Shown here: positions 8,750 to 18,548 of the stretch, piece after piece
How positions within the stretch are numbered: the first letter of the stretch is position 1
How the letters are laid out: every line of letters starts with the position of its first letter
DNA from: a bacterium
Lineage (GTDB): Bacteria; Patescibacteriota; Saccharimonadia; UBA4664; JBBRNT01
Assembly: GCA_043767845.1 (NCBI GenBank)
Contig: JAYUFZ010000010.1
Coordinates: forward strand, 7,182 to 71,181
Direction: 5' to 3'
DNA length: 64,000 nt
The notes under the pieces: model-generated
Database searches by the model: none
What the model saw: the letters and a program-made list of their open reading frames with translations, nothing else
What the model was told of the DNA's origin: nothing
Position numbers and translations under genes: made by a program

Positions 8750-9967
8750 TCAAGCGGCTTCCTGGTAGAACATGAGGCCGAGTTTTATTTGTAGTGCGTC
8801 TTCAAAGTGGCGCGGATCAAGGTTGATAAGCTTCTTTGTCTTATCAAGTCGATAGATGAGCGTGTTTCGATGAACATGGAGTTGTTCGGCGGCATTGGTA
8901 AGGTTAAGATTGTGATTCAAAAAAGTTTGAACCGTCTTAAATAGTTGTTGATTTCGCAACAAAGGACTCAGGATTTGATGAGCCAACTCGGCCTTGCGCT
9001 CGGCGGCAACGTTAGCAAGAGTAATAAACATGCCCACATCCTTTATATGATGAGTCTTACCAGTGCCCCATACTTTTATGCCTACATTAAGGGCTAATTT
9101 GGCATCCATATAGCTTTTTCGTAAGCCACCGAGGTCAGGATAATACTGGCCAACACCCAAAGTTACATTTTTGTGATGTAATTTAGTCAACGTAGAGTGT
9201 ATATATTCAGCCTTTTCACGCAAGAAACGAATAGTATTCATCGTGTTAATGTCATCACCTCCAATACCCTTTAAAACGACGAAGACATCGCTGCCAAAGT
9301 AGGCAATAATATTGTCTTGATAGTTGCGGAAGCTTTGCCGGAAGCTTATGGCAATATCTTCGGCGGCTTTGCTGAGGGCGAGTTGCTGTTCTTCGCTCGA
9401 TATATCGGACAGTTGTTTTTTAATATCAGCCTCGAAATCCTGGAGGTGGAGGAGGAGTACGGCTTGGGGTAAGCGCAGGTTGAGCTTGAGGATATCGGCT
9501 TGCCGATAGGCCTCGGCGGAACTCAGTTCGCCGGACTGTAGAAGCTGTTTGATAAACTGCGCCCTGAGCACCTCGCTGGAGTGCAAGCTATCAAGCACCG
9601 TGTACTGGTGCACGATAACTTCGGCTAGTCCCTGTAGTAGGCTAATACCCTCAGGGGTAATCTGGCCATCCTCGAGCGATATTCCGAAAGCGCCGATGGT
9701 TGAAGCTTCGTAGACGAAAGGGCACCAGGTGAGGCTGATGCTGTCATGGTGGCTCGTAAAGAGCTGGCCCTGCTGGATAGCTCTGAGGGCTTGAGGTATA
9801 ACCTGGTCTGGGGCAATTGATTCCTGGCCTACCACCACCAGCCCATTCTCGTCGGCAATCAGTATTCGTCTGCCTAGAATGGCATCAGTCTTGGCGGCTA
9901 TCTGGAGGGCAAGCTCTTTATTGATGCGCATAAGCTCCCTCGATAAACTTTGTGAATAGGATAGCAA
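8750..9967 (-). CDS. CdaR/PucR-family transcriptional regulator (sugar-diacid-regulator-like), paralog 2
   Basis: C-terminal PucR HTH HVHRNTLIYRLDKTKKLINLDPRHFEDALQIKLGLMF; N-terminal putative diacid-recognition region; 50-nt frame overlap with the upstream paralog. Confidence 0.75.
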   Translation of the reverse strand: MLSYSQSLSRELMRINKELALQIAAKTDAILGRRILIADENGLVVVGQESIAPDQVIPQALRAIQQGQLFTSHHDSISLTWCPFVYEASTIGAFGISLEDGQITPEGISLLQGLAEVIVHQYTVLDSLHSSEVLRAQFIKQLLQSGELSSAEAYRQADILKLNLRLPQAVLLLHLQDFEADIKKQLSDISSEEQQLALSKAAEDIAISFRQSFRNYQDNIIAYFGSDVFVVLKGIGGDDINTMNTIRFLREKAEYIHSTLTKLHHKNVTLGVGQYYPDLGGLRKSYMDAKLALNVGIKVWGTGKTHHIKDVGMFITLANVAAERKAELAHQILSPLLRNQQLFKTVQTFLNHNLNLTNAAEQLHVHRNTLIYRLDKTKKLINLDPRHFEDALQIKLGLMFYQEAA

Positions 9968-11051
9968 GTTTTATCTGCACGGCGTCATCAAAGACTCGCG
10001 GATCAAGGCCCAGTGTCTCGTGGATCCGGTCCAGCCGATAGACGAGTGTGTTGCGATGTAGACCTAGAATATCGGCGGTAGTAGTCAGACTCATATCGTG
10101 TTCAAAGAAAACTTCTAAGGTTTGTATAATCTCGCTGTTTTCGCCCAGCTTTTCTAAGAGCTCACGACTAAAGTAAATATTCTTTTCATCAATACCAGAG
10201 AGTAGGGGAGCCACAACGCCGAAGTCGTCGATATGGTAGACTCGATCCTCGTGCCAAACCTGTTCTCCAAGCTCAATAGCCGAGCAGGCTTCCTCGAAAC
10301 TTTGCTTAATTCCGGAGATATCGTTGTGAAAATTACCTATGCCAACTGTGGTTGGCAACTTAATCTCTGACTTAAGAATCTCATATATTGTGTGGATTGA
10401 TTTCTTGAAACTCTCGAGGTTTTCTTGGAGGTTTGCGCTTTCACTCTGCAGGTCTTTTAGGATGCAAAAGCGATTTTCTCCAATGTAGACGACGATATTA
10501 TCACGGCTTGAGGTGTAATAGGAGTGCAGTGCGCGTGAGATACCGGCCTTATAGCGGCTGATACGAGTGTCGCGGTCGTTCGATGGCGCCCGAAAGCTGG
10601 TTGTGAGCAAGGGATCTTCGATGGCGATTACGATAGCTATGCGCGGGCGCTCCAGCTCCAGGTTAAAAGCCTGCGCTTGCGAGACTAGGGTGGGTAGGCT
10701 CTCCGGCGTATGGTGGAGTAGGTCGTAGACGTATTTGTCGAGCCGCTCTTCTTGCTTTGGTATCTGATCGATGAGTATAGACTGATGCATGACTAATTCG
10801 GCAATCGACTTGATAAGCGGCGCTATGCTTTCGTGGTTCGGAAGTTCTTGGTTGAGCGAAACATATCCAACAACCTCGCCTTGATAGTTAAAGGGGACTG
10901 CCCATTTCAGTTCGCCCACATTGAGCTTGCCCTGGAGCGTACTCTGCTCGGAGGCCAGAATATTCCCATCGCTGTCCAGAACACTTATCGGGAAGCTCAC
11001 AAGACTAGCGACCTTAAGAGCAATCTTGGCGGCGATTTGGGAATTCATCAT
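9918..11051 (-). CDS. CdaR/PucR-family transcriptional regulator, paralog 1
   Basis: C-terminal GLHRNTLVYRLDRIHETLGLDPRVFDDAVQIKLAILF; same three-part architecture as the neighbouring paralog. Confidence 0.75.
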   Translation of the reverse strand: MMNSQIAAKIALKVASLVSFPISVLDSDGNILASEQSTLQGKLNVGELKWAVPFNYQGEVVGYVSLNQELPNHESIAPLIKSIAELVMHQSILIDQIPKQEERLDKYVYDLLHHTPESLPTLVSQAQAFNLELERPRIAIVIAIEDPLLTTSFRAPSNDRDTRISRYKAGISRALHSYYTSSRDNIVVYIGENRFCILKDLQSESANLQENLESFKKSIHTIYEILKSEIKLPTTVGIGNFHNDISGIKQSFEEACSAIELGEQVWHEDRVYHIDDFGVVAPLLSGIDEKNIYFSRELLEKLGENSEIIQTLEVFFEHDMSLTTTADILGLHRNTLVYRLDRIHETLGLDPRVFDDAVQIKLAILFTKFIEGAYAHQ

Positions 11052-11227
11052 GGCTCGTTACTCATCTCAAATTGGTATACGTATCGTAGCCCTAGAACAT
11101 TGCTTTCTGCAAGCTTAAGCAATTTGAGAATTGTCTATTCATGGCTTCAGAGAGAGTTTTGAGCAAGCGATGTAGAAAGCACAACAGTAAAAATGCGCAA
11201 ATAGAAATATATAACTCGCTGGTTTAT

Positions 11228-11256
11228 AAAAAATAACACCCGTTCATAGGGTGTTA
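11228..11256 (-). terminator. Intrinsic terminator downstream of tRNA-Val (minus strand)
   Basis: aataacaccc-gttcata-gggtgttat hairpin; the minus-strand reading is followed by ttttttat. Confidence 0.55.
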
Positions 11257-11280
11257 TCTCGTTAGAAAAGTAATAATTCC

Positions 11281-11357
11281 TGGTGGGTCCTAGAGGAGTC
11301 GAACCTCTGACCTCTTCCACGTCAAGGAAGCGCTCTAGCCAGCTGAGCTAAGGACCC
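11281..11357 (-). tRNA. tRNA-Val (anticodon GAC), CCA encoded
   Basis: Reverse complement GGGTCCTTAGCTCAGCTGGCTAGAGCGCTTCCTTGACGTGGAAGAGGTCAGAGGTTCGACTCCTCTAGGACCCACCA; anticodon loop TTGACGT. Confidence 0.9.
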
Positions 11358-11469
11358 ATGGATAGTATTATGATTGTGAATCAAGTTAGCTATTATCAAG
11401 AAACACACAGATATCGTACAAGGCAAAACTATAGCCGAAAAGGGTTGCAAAATCAAGGCGCTAGAAGCA

Positions 11470-12867
11470 ATGTATAATAATACTATGAGTAAGAAAGAAC
11501 ACCTGCATTTTCTAGGAATTGCTGGCCACGCCATACGCGGCGTGGCTTTGGCCGCTCAAAAACTTGGCTACGAGGTTAGCGGTACCGACGAGACGGCCTA
11601 TCCACCGGGTAGCGATTGGCTCAATGCGCGCGACTTGCGTTGGTGGCGTGAGGCCGATACCGCCCATCTAAAAACTGTCGATACGCTCGTTTTAAGTGGT
11701 GGATCGAAGCCGGACCATCCACTAATCGAATACGCGCTCGACCGCGGTTTACGCGTAACATCCTTTGCCGAGTTAGCTGGCCAACTGGCCGCCGACAAAC
11801 ACCGCATCGCCGTATCCGGGACGCATGGCAAGACAACCACCACCTCGATGATCGCCTGGCTACTTGAATCGGCTCATCGAACTCCCGATTTTCTGATTGG
11901 CATTCAACCACATAATTTTGATACTAGCGTGCGTATTACCGACAGTCCAGTCATGGTTTTTGAGGCCGACGAATACTCCAGTTCGCAGGTTGATAAGCAG
12001 CCAAAGTTTAACTATTATAAGCCGGACGTACTCATCATCACCTCAATTGAGATGGACCATCCTGATGTATTCAAGGATTTAGCTGAGATAAAAGCTTGTT
12101 TTAGCAGACTAGCTAGGGGAGTGCCAAGTTCGGGCAGGATTCTGTGTTGGGACGGGCTGGTCGGGGCGGGTGAGGTCTTAGAGCATGCCGTCGCACCTGT
12201 CGAACGCTACGGGTTGAGTGACGGTGCTGAGTGGCGAGCAGTCAATATTCGCTTTGAACCCGCTGGATTGCGCTACGTGGTGCAGTGGAAGGCTCGAGTG
12301 CTTGGCGAGTTGTTCGTGCCGCTCTATGGCCTGCATAATGTCCTGAACTCCCTAGCGGCCACGGCAGTGGCCGTAGGTGAAGGGATGAGCTTCGAGCAGA
12401 TCAAAACCGGATTTGAGACTTTCCTTGGCGCTTCGCGGCGCTTCGAGCGAGTGTCTGAGCCTGGCGCGGCTATCACTATCATTGATGACTACGCCCACCA
12501 CCCGACTGAGGTGGCGGCGACTATTGCGGCTGCTAAGCGTCATACGGATGGCCGAGTGCTAGCCATTTTTAGGCCCCACACCCATTCGCGCACTCAGTCG
12601 TTGTTAGCCGAATATCGCTTGGCTTTCGCCGAGGCAGACGAGGCCTGGGTTGTTGATATCGAGGGAGCGCGGGAAGCGCACCTGGAGGGGACTGTATCAT
12701 CAAAGGACATCGTTGATGGTGCCATCGGTAATGTCCACTATGCCCCAGACCGCGAAACCCTGCTTGCTGACGTCAAGAAAGCTGCCATGCCAGGCGACAT
12801 CGTGCTGGCTATGACCGTCAGTGGCTACGATAAGCTGGTAAACGAGCTTAACTCACTACTGAATTAG
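11470..12867 (+). CDS. Mur ligase family enzyme, Mpl-like (UDP-N-acetylmuramate:L-Ala-D-Glu-meso-DAP ligase) / MurC-like
   Basis: HFLGIAGHAIRGVALAAQKLGYEVSGTDETAYPPGS (Mpl-type SD..YPP), GTHGKTTTTSMIAWLL, EADEYSSSQVDKQPKF, DDYAHHPTE. Confidence 0.8.
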   Translation: MYNNTMSKKEHLHFLGIAGHAIRGVALAAQKLGYEVSGTDETAYPPGSDWLNARDLRWWREADTAHLKTVDTLVLSGGSKPDHPLIEYALDRGLRVTSFAELAGQLAADKHRIAVSGTHGKTTTTSMIAWLLESAHRTPDFLIGIQPHNFDTSVRITDSPVMVFEADEYSSSQVDKQPKFNYYKPDVLIITSIEMDHPDVFKDLAEIKACFSRLARGVPSSGRILCWDGLVGAGEVLEHAVAPVERYGLSDGAEWRAVNIRFEPAGLRYVVQWKARVLGELFVPLYGLHNVLNSLAATAVAVGEGMSFEQIKTGFETFLGASRRFERVSEPGAAITIIDDYAHHPTEVAATIAAAKRHTDGRVLAIFRPHTHSRTQSLLAEYRLAFAEADEAWVVDIEGAREAHLEGTVSSKDIVDGAIGNVHYAPDRETLLADVKKAAMPGDIVLAMTVSGYDKLVNELNSLLN

Positions 12868-13053
12868 CCCTGGCTATACCACAAGTGATATAGCAAATAA
12901 ATCGTGGAGTATTATATATCAAATATGCGATATATATCATGTAATGCATGTGTTGTAGTTATGCTTGGCTGGTGAGATACTAATTTTTGACAGATCGATC
13001 TAACCAATCTTCTGTAGTAAGCTCCTCCAACAACCCGAAAGCCGAGGTCTACT

Positions 13054-13491
13054 ATGTCTACTGGCACAGTTGCCGCGCAACGCCTGCACCACCCTTGGGA
13101 CGGCAGTCCGGAGTCGTCGCTGCTGGCCAAACTGCGGCCAGCCATCCACTTCTTGCTTTGCTATCGGGCGCATGCCGAGAACCACGGTCACGACGCCGCC
13201 GACCTGGATGAGCTCATGGAAGTCTGGAAAGGCGCCATGTCGTTAGCCCGCTATGGCACGGAAAGCGCCGACTTCGATCTGGGCCACCGCCTACTCGGTG
13301 AATGCCTGCTGATCATGCAGTGCTTTGGCCGCGCTTCAGCTGATGCCCAGGTGCTGGTTGACCTGGTAGTCGAACTTGGAAAGGTCTATGGAACACTAGA
13401 CGACTTGCGCAAGGGCCGCGATGTCGATTCGATGCGCATCAAGTTCGTCTACGACCAGCTCAACCAGCTCTCGCGTAGCATTGACTACTAG
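13054..13491 (+). CDS. Hypothetical protein
   Basis: 145-aa ORF with no recognisable motifs. Confidence 0.35.
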   Translation: MSTGTVAAQRLHHPWDGSPESSLLAKLRPAIHFLLCYRAHAENHGHDAADLDELMEVWKGAMSLARYGTESADFDLGHRLLGECLLIMQCFGRASADAQVLVDLVVELGKVYGTLDDLRKGRDVDSMRIKFVYDQLNQLSRSIDY

Positions 13492-13577
13492 CTTACGGAT
13501 ATCCGTAAGCTTTTTTGCTATCATTTGGGTCTTATGCCACAATAATTCTGATACATCAAACCTGGAAGAAGGTAGTC

Positions 13578-14045
13578 ATGCCTATCGGTGTCTCATGTAT
13601 AGGACCTGTAGTAAAAGACCGTGATGTCTGGATAGCGGCCAATGCCCTAGGTATGCAAGTTGGCTCAGTGAATTTGGCCGTACTACGCCGGCTGAAAGAG
13701 AAATGGGCCGTGGGTGGGTGCTTTCCCGATGACGAAAGAGCACTACAACCAATGGCGGCGCTTCTGGCCGACGCGCGAGAACAATTAATACATGGCTCTA
13801 CAGCGGGCTTTATAGCTCGAACCAGCCATCAGGCGGGCCAGCTCAAACTGCTGCTTGATTACTGCCGGGATAAGTATTTCCGGGGCCTTGGTGATGCTGC
13901 CCTGGCTGATATGCTGGGAGCATTCGAAGATGTGCTAAGGGCGCTGCTGGTCGAGCCGTTCGACATCTGGTCTGAGCCTGCTGAACTCTTTGGAGCTTTC
14001 CTAGATCAATTCGACCGTTATCTGCTCTACGTTGGAATGGGCTGA
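13578..14045 (+). CDS. Hypothetical protein (ORF-track start 13515; ATG at 13578 has a GGAAGAAGG SD-like sequence)
   Basis: ORF; intrinsic terminator immediately downstream. Confidence 0.35.
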   Translation: MPIGVSCIGPVVKDRDVWIAANALGMQVGSVNLAVLRRLKEKWAVGGCFPDDERALQPMAALLADAREQLIHGSTAGFIARTSHQAGQLKLLLDYCRDKYFRGLGDAALADMLGAFEDVLRALLVEPFDIWSEPAELFGAFLDQFDRYLLYVGMG

Positions 14046-14054
14046 GGGGGTCAA

Positions 14055-14085
14055 ACGTAAGTCCCGTCGCAAGCGGGACTTTTAC
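14055..14085 (+). terminator. Intrinsic terminator
   Basis: aagtcccg-tcgcaa-gcgggactttt. Confidence 0.65.
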
Positions 14086-14286
14086 ATACTTACTAGGAAC
14101 TTGTTTTTTTGGCTGCGCAGTGCTAGATTCTAGACAGTACAATAGAGCGTTGAGTGGGAGTACCGCCCCATGAGCTCCGTTCTCGGGTGACGCACACCCG
14201 GCAAGAGTAGCCGCCTGGCAATCTGAGTGGAACCGTCCCAATAGGGGCCTCAGTAGCGAGCGGTTTTTGTGTTAAAAGGAGTAAAT

Positions 14287-16152
14287 ATGGCAAAAGTAGA
14301 GAAGCACGCACACAGAGCTGAGACTGACCAGCTATATGCTATGCGGCATTCGCTAGCGCATATTATGGCGACAGCTATCGGGCAGCTATGGCCTAAGACA
14401 AAGTTTGGCGTTGGACCGGTGGTTGATAATGGCTTTTACTATGACGTCGATGCTGGAAATCCTATCTCAGAGACTGATCTAGCTACTATCGAGTCCAAGA
14501 TGAAGGAGATTATCAAAGCTAATCAGCCTTTTGAACGTAGTGAGCTCGATCTTGAAGAGGCGATTGCTCGGGTGAAAGCTGCAGGACAAGATTATAAGGT
14601 TGAACTACTCAGTGACTTGAAAAAGCACGGCACTACCAGTACTAAAGATATCGCCGCGACGGATATGGGCTTATCGACAGATGATGCAAAAATAACAACA
14701 GTTAGTTTCTATAAGAATGATGATTTTGAGGATTTATGCCGTGGGCCGCACGTTGAGTCAACTGGCAAAGTCGGTGCTTTCAAGCTCATGCGCATCAGCG
14801 GTGCTTACTGGCGCGGGGATCAGAAAAAAGCGCAAATGCAACGAATATACGGATTGGGCTTTGCCGAGAAATCGGAATTAGCTGCCCATTTAGATATGCT
14901 GCGCGAGGCCGAAAAGCGCGACCATCGTAAGCTAGGCGCAGACCTAGATCTCTTTGTTTTTAGTGATCTAGTCGGTCCTGGCTTGCCGCTGTGGACGCCA
15001 CGCGGTACCGTACTGCGCAGAGAGTTGAATAATTACGTTCAAGAACTGCGTGATGAGTATGATTTTCAGGAGGTAGCTATCCCGCACATTACCAAAAAAG
15101 ACCTCTACGAGAAAAGCGGCCACTGGGCCAAGTTTTCGGATGAACTCTTCCAGATCAAAACTCGTGAAGGCCACCAGTTTGCTATGAAGCCTATGAATTG
15201 CCCGCACCACACCCAGATCTATGACTCACGGCCGAGGAGTTATCGTGAGTTGCCAGTCCGCTATCGCGAGACGACCATGGTCTACCGTGATGAGCAGAGC
15301 GGTGAGCTGGGCGGCCTCAACCGCGTGCGCTCGATCACCCAGGACGACGCCCACGTATTTTGTCGTCAATCTCAGATTAAGGACGAAGTCTTGATGCTCT
15401 GGGGCATTATTGGTCGCTTCTATGGCGCCTTTGGCTTGGAGCTGCGCCTGCGCGTTTCGACGCATGATCCAGAGGACATGGGAGCTTATAGCGGTTCTCC
15501 AGAGGCCTGGGAAAGCTCGGTAGGGCAGCTCAAAGCGATTGCCGAGTCGATGCTAGGTGACGACTATGAGATTGGCGTTGGCGAGGCTGCCTTCTATGGC
15601 CCGAAACTCGATTTTATGGCTAAAGACGCCTTGGGTCGTGAACACCAGGTAGCCACCATCCAGCTGGACTTCAATCAACCCGAGGGTTTTGACCTTACTT
15701 GTGTAAACGAATCAGGTGAAGCTGAACGGATTGTGATGATCCACTGCGCAGTAATGGGCAGTATTGAGCGCTTCCTAGTAGTCTTAATCGAACACACTGC
15801 CGGCCGTTTCCCAGTTTGGTTGGCTCCAGAGCAGGTCAGGGTTGCCACGGTTAACGCTACCGACGAAATGATTAGCTTTGGCCGCCAAGTTATCGCCCAA
15901 TTCAAGGCTGCCGGTCTACGGGCAACACTTGATGAGGCCAACGAAAGTGTCGGCAAGAAAATCCGGGCAGCCGAACTTGGCAAGGTGCCATATACGATTG
16001 TGCTTGGAGAGAAGGAACTGGCCAGTGGCGAAGTTGTTCCCCGGATCCGAAAGGATTTGAGTATCAGCGAGCCGCAACCAATGCAGATCAAAGACTTTGT
16101 CCAATCAGTGGCCAATGAAAGCCATAGCCGGACTACTAAGTCATCGTTGTAG
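14287..16152 (+). CDS. thrS: Threonyl-tRNA synthetase lacking the N-terminal TGS domain (starts at the N2 editing domain)
   Basis: HSLAHIMATAIGQLWPKTKFGVGPVVDNGFYYDVD (N2 domain), MNCPHHTQIY, class II motifs and a C-terminal anticodon-binding domain; SD AAAGGAG before the ATG at 14287 (ORF track begins at the in-frame GTG at 14269). Confidence 0.9.
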   Translation: MAKVEKHAHRAETDQLYAMRHSLAHIMATAIGQLWPKTKFGVGPVVDNGFYYDVDAGNPISETDLATIESKMKEIIKANQPFERSELDLEEAIARVKAAGQDYKVELLSDLKKHGTTSTKDIAATDMGLSTDDAKITTVSFYKNDDFEDLCRGPHVESTGKVGAFKLMRISGAYWRGDQKKAQMQRIYGLGFAEKSELAAHLDMLREAEKRDHRKLGADLDLFVFSDLVGPGLPLWTPRGTVLRRELNNYVQELRDEYDFQEVAIPHITKKDLYEKSGHWAKFSDELFQIKTREGHQFAMKPMNCPHHTQIYDSRPRSYRELPVRYRETTMVYRDEQSGELGGLNRVRSITQDDAHVFCRQSQIKDEVLMLWGIIGRFYGAFGLELRLRVSTHDPEDMGAYSGSPEAWESSVGQLKAIAESMLGDDYEIGVGEAAFYGPKLDFMAKDALGREHQVATIQLDFNQPEGFDLTCVNESGEAERIVMIHCAVMGSIERFLVVLIEHTAGRFPVWLAPEQVRVATVNATDEMISFGRQVIAQFKAAGLRATLDEANESVGKKIRAAELGKVPYTIVLGEKELASGEVVPRIRKDLSISEPQPMQIKDFVQSVANESHSRTTKSSL

Positions 16153-16158
16153 GTTTTA

Positions 16159-16779
16159 ATGAAGAGCAAGCCGATACTCGCTATCGATATCGATGATACT
16201 GTCACGGCCTCAACCGAGGCTTGGCGCAAACATGCCAATCGGCGAGCTGGCATTGACCTCGGCCCAGAGCAATACCAAGTAAGAGACGGTTATTGGGGTT
16301 ATTACGACCGAGTTTGGCAGCGCAACGGTGTTAGTCATCTGGTGACTTTCGATGAAATCGATGCCGAGCTAGCCGCTAGCCAGGCTGAAATCGTCGTTTT
16401 GGACAAAGCCAAGGAAGCTATCGGACAGCTTTCCGAAAAGTACCAGATTTTGTTTGTCACATCAAGAAACCTCATACAAAAGCCAGCAACTCTGTTGTGG
16501 TTCAAACAACATTTTCCGACGCAAAAATATAAAATCTACTTTACGCAAAAAGCTGACAAGCCAAAAAGTGGGTCGAAAGGCGAACCAAAAGGTCAGTTGT
16601 GTCAGAGGCTCGGGGCTCAGATATTAATCGATGACCATATCGAACACTGTGAGTCGGCGAAATCTTTCGGTCTCGAAGCTATCCTTTTTGGTGACTACGG
16701 TTGGCATACCCACAAGCCCGACGGAATTGTCAATTGCCAGGACTGGCCAGCAATTATGGAGTACTTAGATGGACGTTGA
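16159..16779 (+). CDS. HAD-superfamily hydrolase (nucleotidase-like)
   Basis: Motif I ILAIDIDDTV; HAD-like motifs later in the protein. Confidence 0.6.
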   Translation: MKSKPILAIDIDDTVTASTEAWRKHANRRAGIDLGPEQYQVRDGYWGYYDRVWQRNGVSHLVTFDEIDAELAASQAEIVVLDKAKEAIGQLSEKYQILFVTSRNLIQKPATLLWFKQHFPTQKYKIYFTQKADKPKSGSKGEPKGQLCQRLGAQILIDDHIEHCESAKSFGLEAILFGDYGWHTHKPDGIVNCQDWPAIMEYLDGR

Positions 16780-17116
16780 TCAAAGCTTTAGGGAGCAGGT
16801 TTTCGCGCTAGTTGCCCGTATACCACGCGGCCGAGTGATGACCTATGGTCAGATTGCCGCCTTGTGTGGTAGCCCACGGGCGGCTCGTCAGGTCGGCCAG
16901 GTAGCTCACTGGGGCGACCCAAGTTTGCCGTGGCAGCGGGTAGTAAACAAGAGTGGTGGCCTAGCAGGTGGTTATACGAGCGGCGGCCGAGAAGCTCACA
17001 AGCGGGATATTGAGGCTGATGGCGTGGCCGTAGATAGTGAGTATCGCGTCGATGCGGAGGGGCTTTTGTGGTGGCCCGAGGAGTCTGGGCCGGCGCAGCC
17101 AGGCTTATTCGAGTGA
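16769..17116 (+). CDS. Alkyltransferase-like protein (ATL; MGMT/Ogt DNA-binding domain without the catalytic Cys)
   Basis: RIPRGRVMTYGQIAALCGSPRAARQVGQV...PWQRVV: Ogt helix-turn-helix with PCHRV replaced by PWQRV (Trp in place of the acceptor Cys, as in ATL proteins). Confidence 0.7.
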   Translation: MDVDQSFREQVFALVARIPRGRVMTYGQIAALCGSPRAARQVGQVAHWGDPSLPWQRVVNKSGGLAGGYTSGGREAHKRDIEADGVAVDSEYRVDAEGLLWWPEESGPAQPGLFE

Positions 17117-17646
17117 ACTCGAAGCTTATGACACTTGATCAGGCTTTGGACGGCAGTGCCGCGCCAAGAAAGCTGCTTGAGCAGTTGTCACTTATCGACG
17201 TGGACTACCTTGATCTCCAGGGTCGTGGCCAGACTGGGCAACTTGTTGTGGCTAGTGATCTTGCCAGTGAAGTTAGTGAGATCTTCAGGCAACTGTTTGT
17301 GATGGCCTTTCCTATCGAACACATTGAGCCGATTGTAGCCTACCACTGGGATGACCTTTGGGCCATGGAGGCCAACCTGACATCAGCCTATAACTATCGG
17401 ACGATCATGGGCACCACTAAGCTTTCGCAGCATGCCTACGGCCGAGCGATTGATATTAATACCAGGCTCAATCCATACTACGTTGGCGATCAAATACTTC
17501 CAGCTGGTGCCGTCTACCAGCCAGGCCGCCCAGGAGTGATTGTTGCTGGCGATCAGGTTACGGAACTATTTAAAAGCTACGGTTGGCGCTGGCTAGGCGG
17601 TGACAAAATACCAGATTATCAACATTTTCAGAAGGCACTATTATAA
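17068..17646 (+). CDS. Peptidase M15 family D-Ala-D-Ala carboxypeptidase (VanY-like); GTG start with SD GGAGGGG
   Basis: HAYGRAIDIN zinc-binding motif of the M15/VanY family; GGAGGGG lies 7 nt upstream of the GTG at 17068. Confidence 0.7.
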   Translation: MVARGVWAGAARLIRVNSKLMTLDQALDGSAAPRKLLEQLSLIDVDYLDLQGRGQTGQLVVASDLASEVSEIFRQLFVMAFPIEHIEPIVAYHWDDLWAMEANLTSAYNYRTIMGTTKLSQHAYGRAIDINTRLNPYYVGDQILPAGAVYQPGRPGVIVAGDQVTELFKSYGWRWLGGDKIPDYQHFQKALL

Positions 17647-18542
17647 TGTCTCCAAAACTGATCGTGATTGTTGGTCCAACAGGTTCAGGGAAGTCCGATC
17701 TGGCTATGGAACTAGCGGGGCTATATGGTGGGGAACTGATCTGTGCCGACTCCAAGACGATTTACCGGGGCATGGATATCGGCACAGCTAAGCCGAGCGC
17801 CGCCGATCGGGCACTTGTGCCGCATCACTTGCTCGACGTCGTAAACCCGGACCAGCCCTTTAGCGTATTTGACTTTCAGCGCATGGCGAGGCAGGCGATA
17901 GGCGAGATAACTGCCCGCGGTCATATACCGATTATGGTCGGGGGGAGCGGGCTGTATGTTGATTCTATTTTGTATGACTTCCATTTTCCAACTACTGCCG
18001 AAGCGTCACGACGCGAAGAATTAAATACCAAATCGATAGAAGAATTGCGTGAAATACTGAAAACAGAAAATCCAATTAAATACAGTGAAATTGATTTAAT
18101 GAATATTCGGCGAATTATTCGGGCCATCGAAAATAATGAAAATAATGAACATAAATCCCGCAAATTGCGAACTAATACTTTACTACTCGGACTTGATATG
18201 AACAAATTAGTTATTCAAAATAGAATTGAGCAGCGCGCAAAAAAAATGCTTAAAGAAGGCATAATCGAAGAGGTTAGAGGGGTTGGATACAAATTTGGAT
18301 GGGAGTCTGAGGCGATGAGTGGGATCATTTATCGGGCATTTAAAGAAATAGCAAAAAATGATGATAAAAATCCTGAAAAAATAAAAGCCGCGCTGGACAA
18401 ATTTATACAGGGAGACAAAAAATTGGTTAAAAAACAATTAACTTGGTTTCGGCGAAACAAGGACATTGTCTGGCTAGAGGCAGAGGACACAACAGAGCTT
18501 TTGGCACGGGCTGGACGGCTAGTGAGTGAATTCATTACCTAG
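17646..18542 (+). CDS. miaA: tRNA dimethylallyltransferase
   Basis: LIVIVGPTGSGKSDLAMELA...ICADSKTIYRGMDIGTAKPS. Confidence 0.9.
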   Translation: MSPKLIVIVGPTGSGKSDLAMELAGLYGGELICADSKTIYRGMDIGTAKPSAADRALVPHHLLDVVNPDQPFSVFDFQRMARQAIGEITARGHIPIMVGGSGLYVDSILYDFHFPTTAEASRREELNTKSIEELREILKTENPIKYSEIDLMNIRRIIRAIENNENNEHKSRKLRTNTLLLGLDMNKLVIQNRIEQRAKKMLKEGIIEEVRGVGYKFGWESEAMSGIIYRAFKEIAKNDDKNPEKIKAALDKFIQGDKKLVKKQLTWFRRNKDIVWLEAEDTTELLARAGRLVSEFIT

Positions 18543-18548
18543 CGTATA

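Noticed and set aside
14090-14268. T-box riboswitch upstream of thrS
   Set aside because: Only a loose match to the T-box consensus (TGGGAGTACCGCC versus AGGGTGGNACCGCG). The leader is about 180 nt, too short for a stem I/specifier plus antiterminator, and no terminator/antiterminator pair is evident. Kept only as a possible operator.
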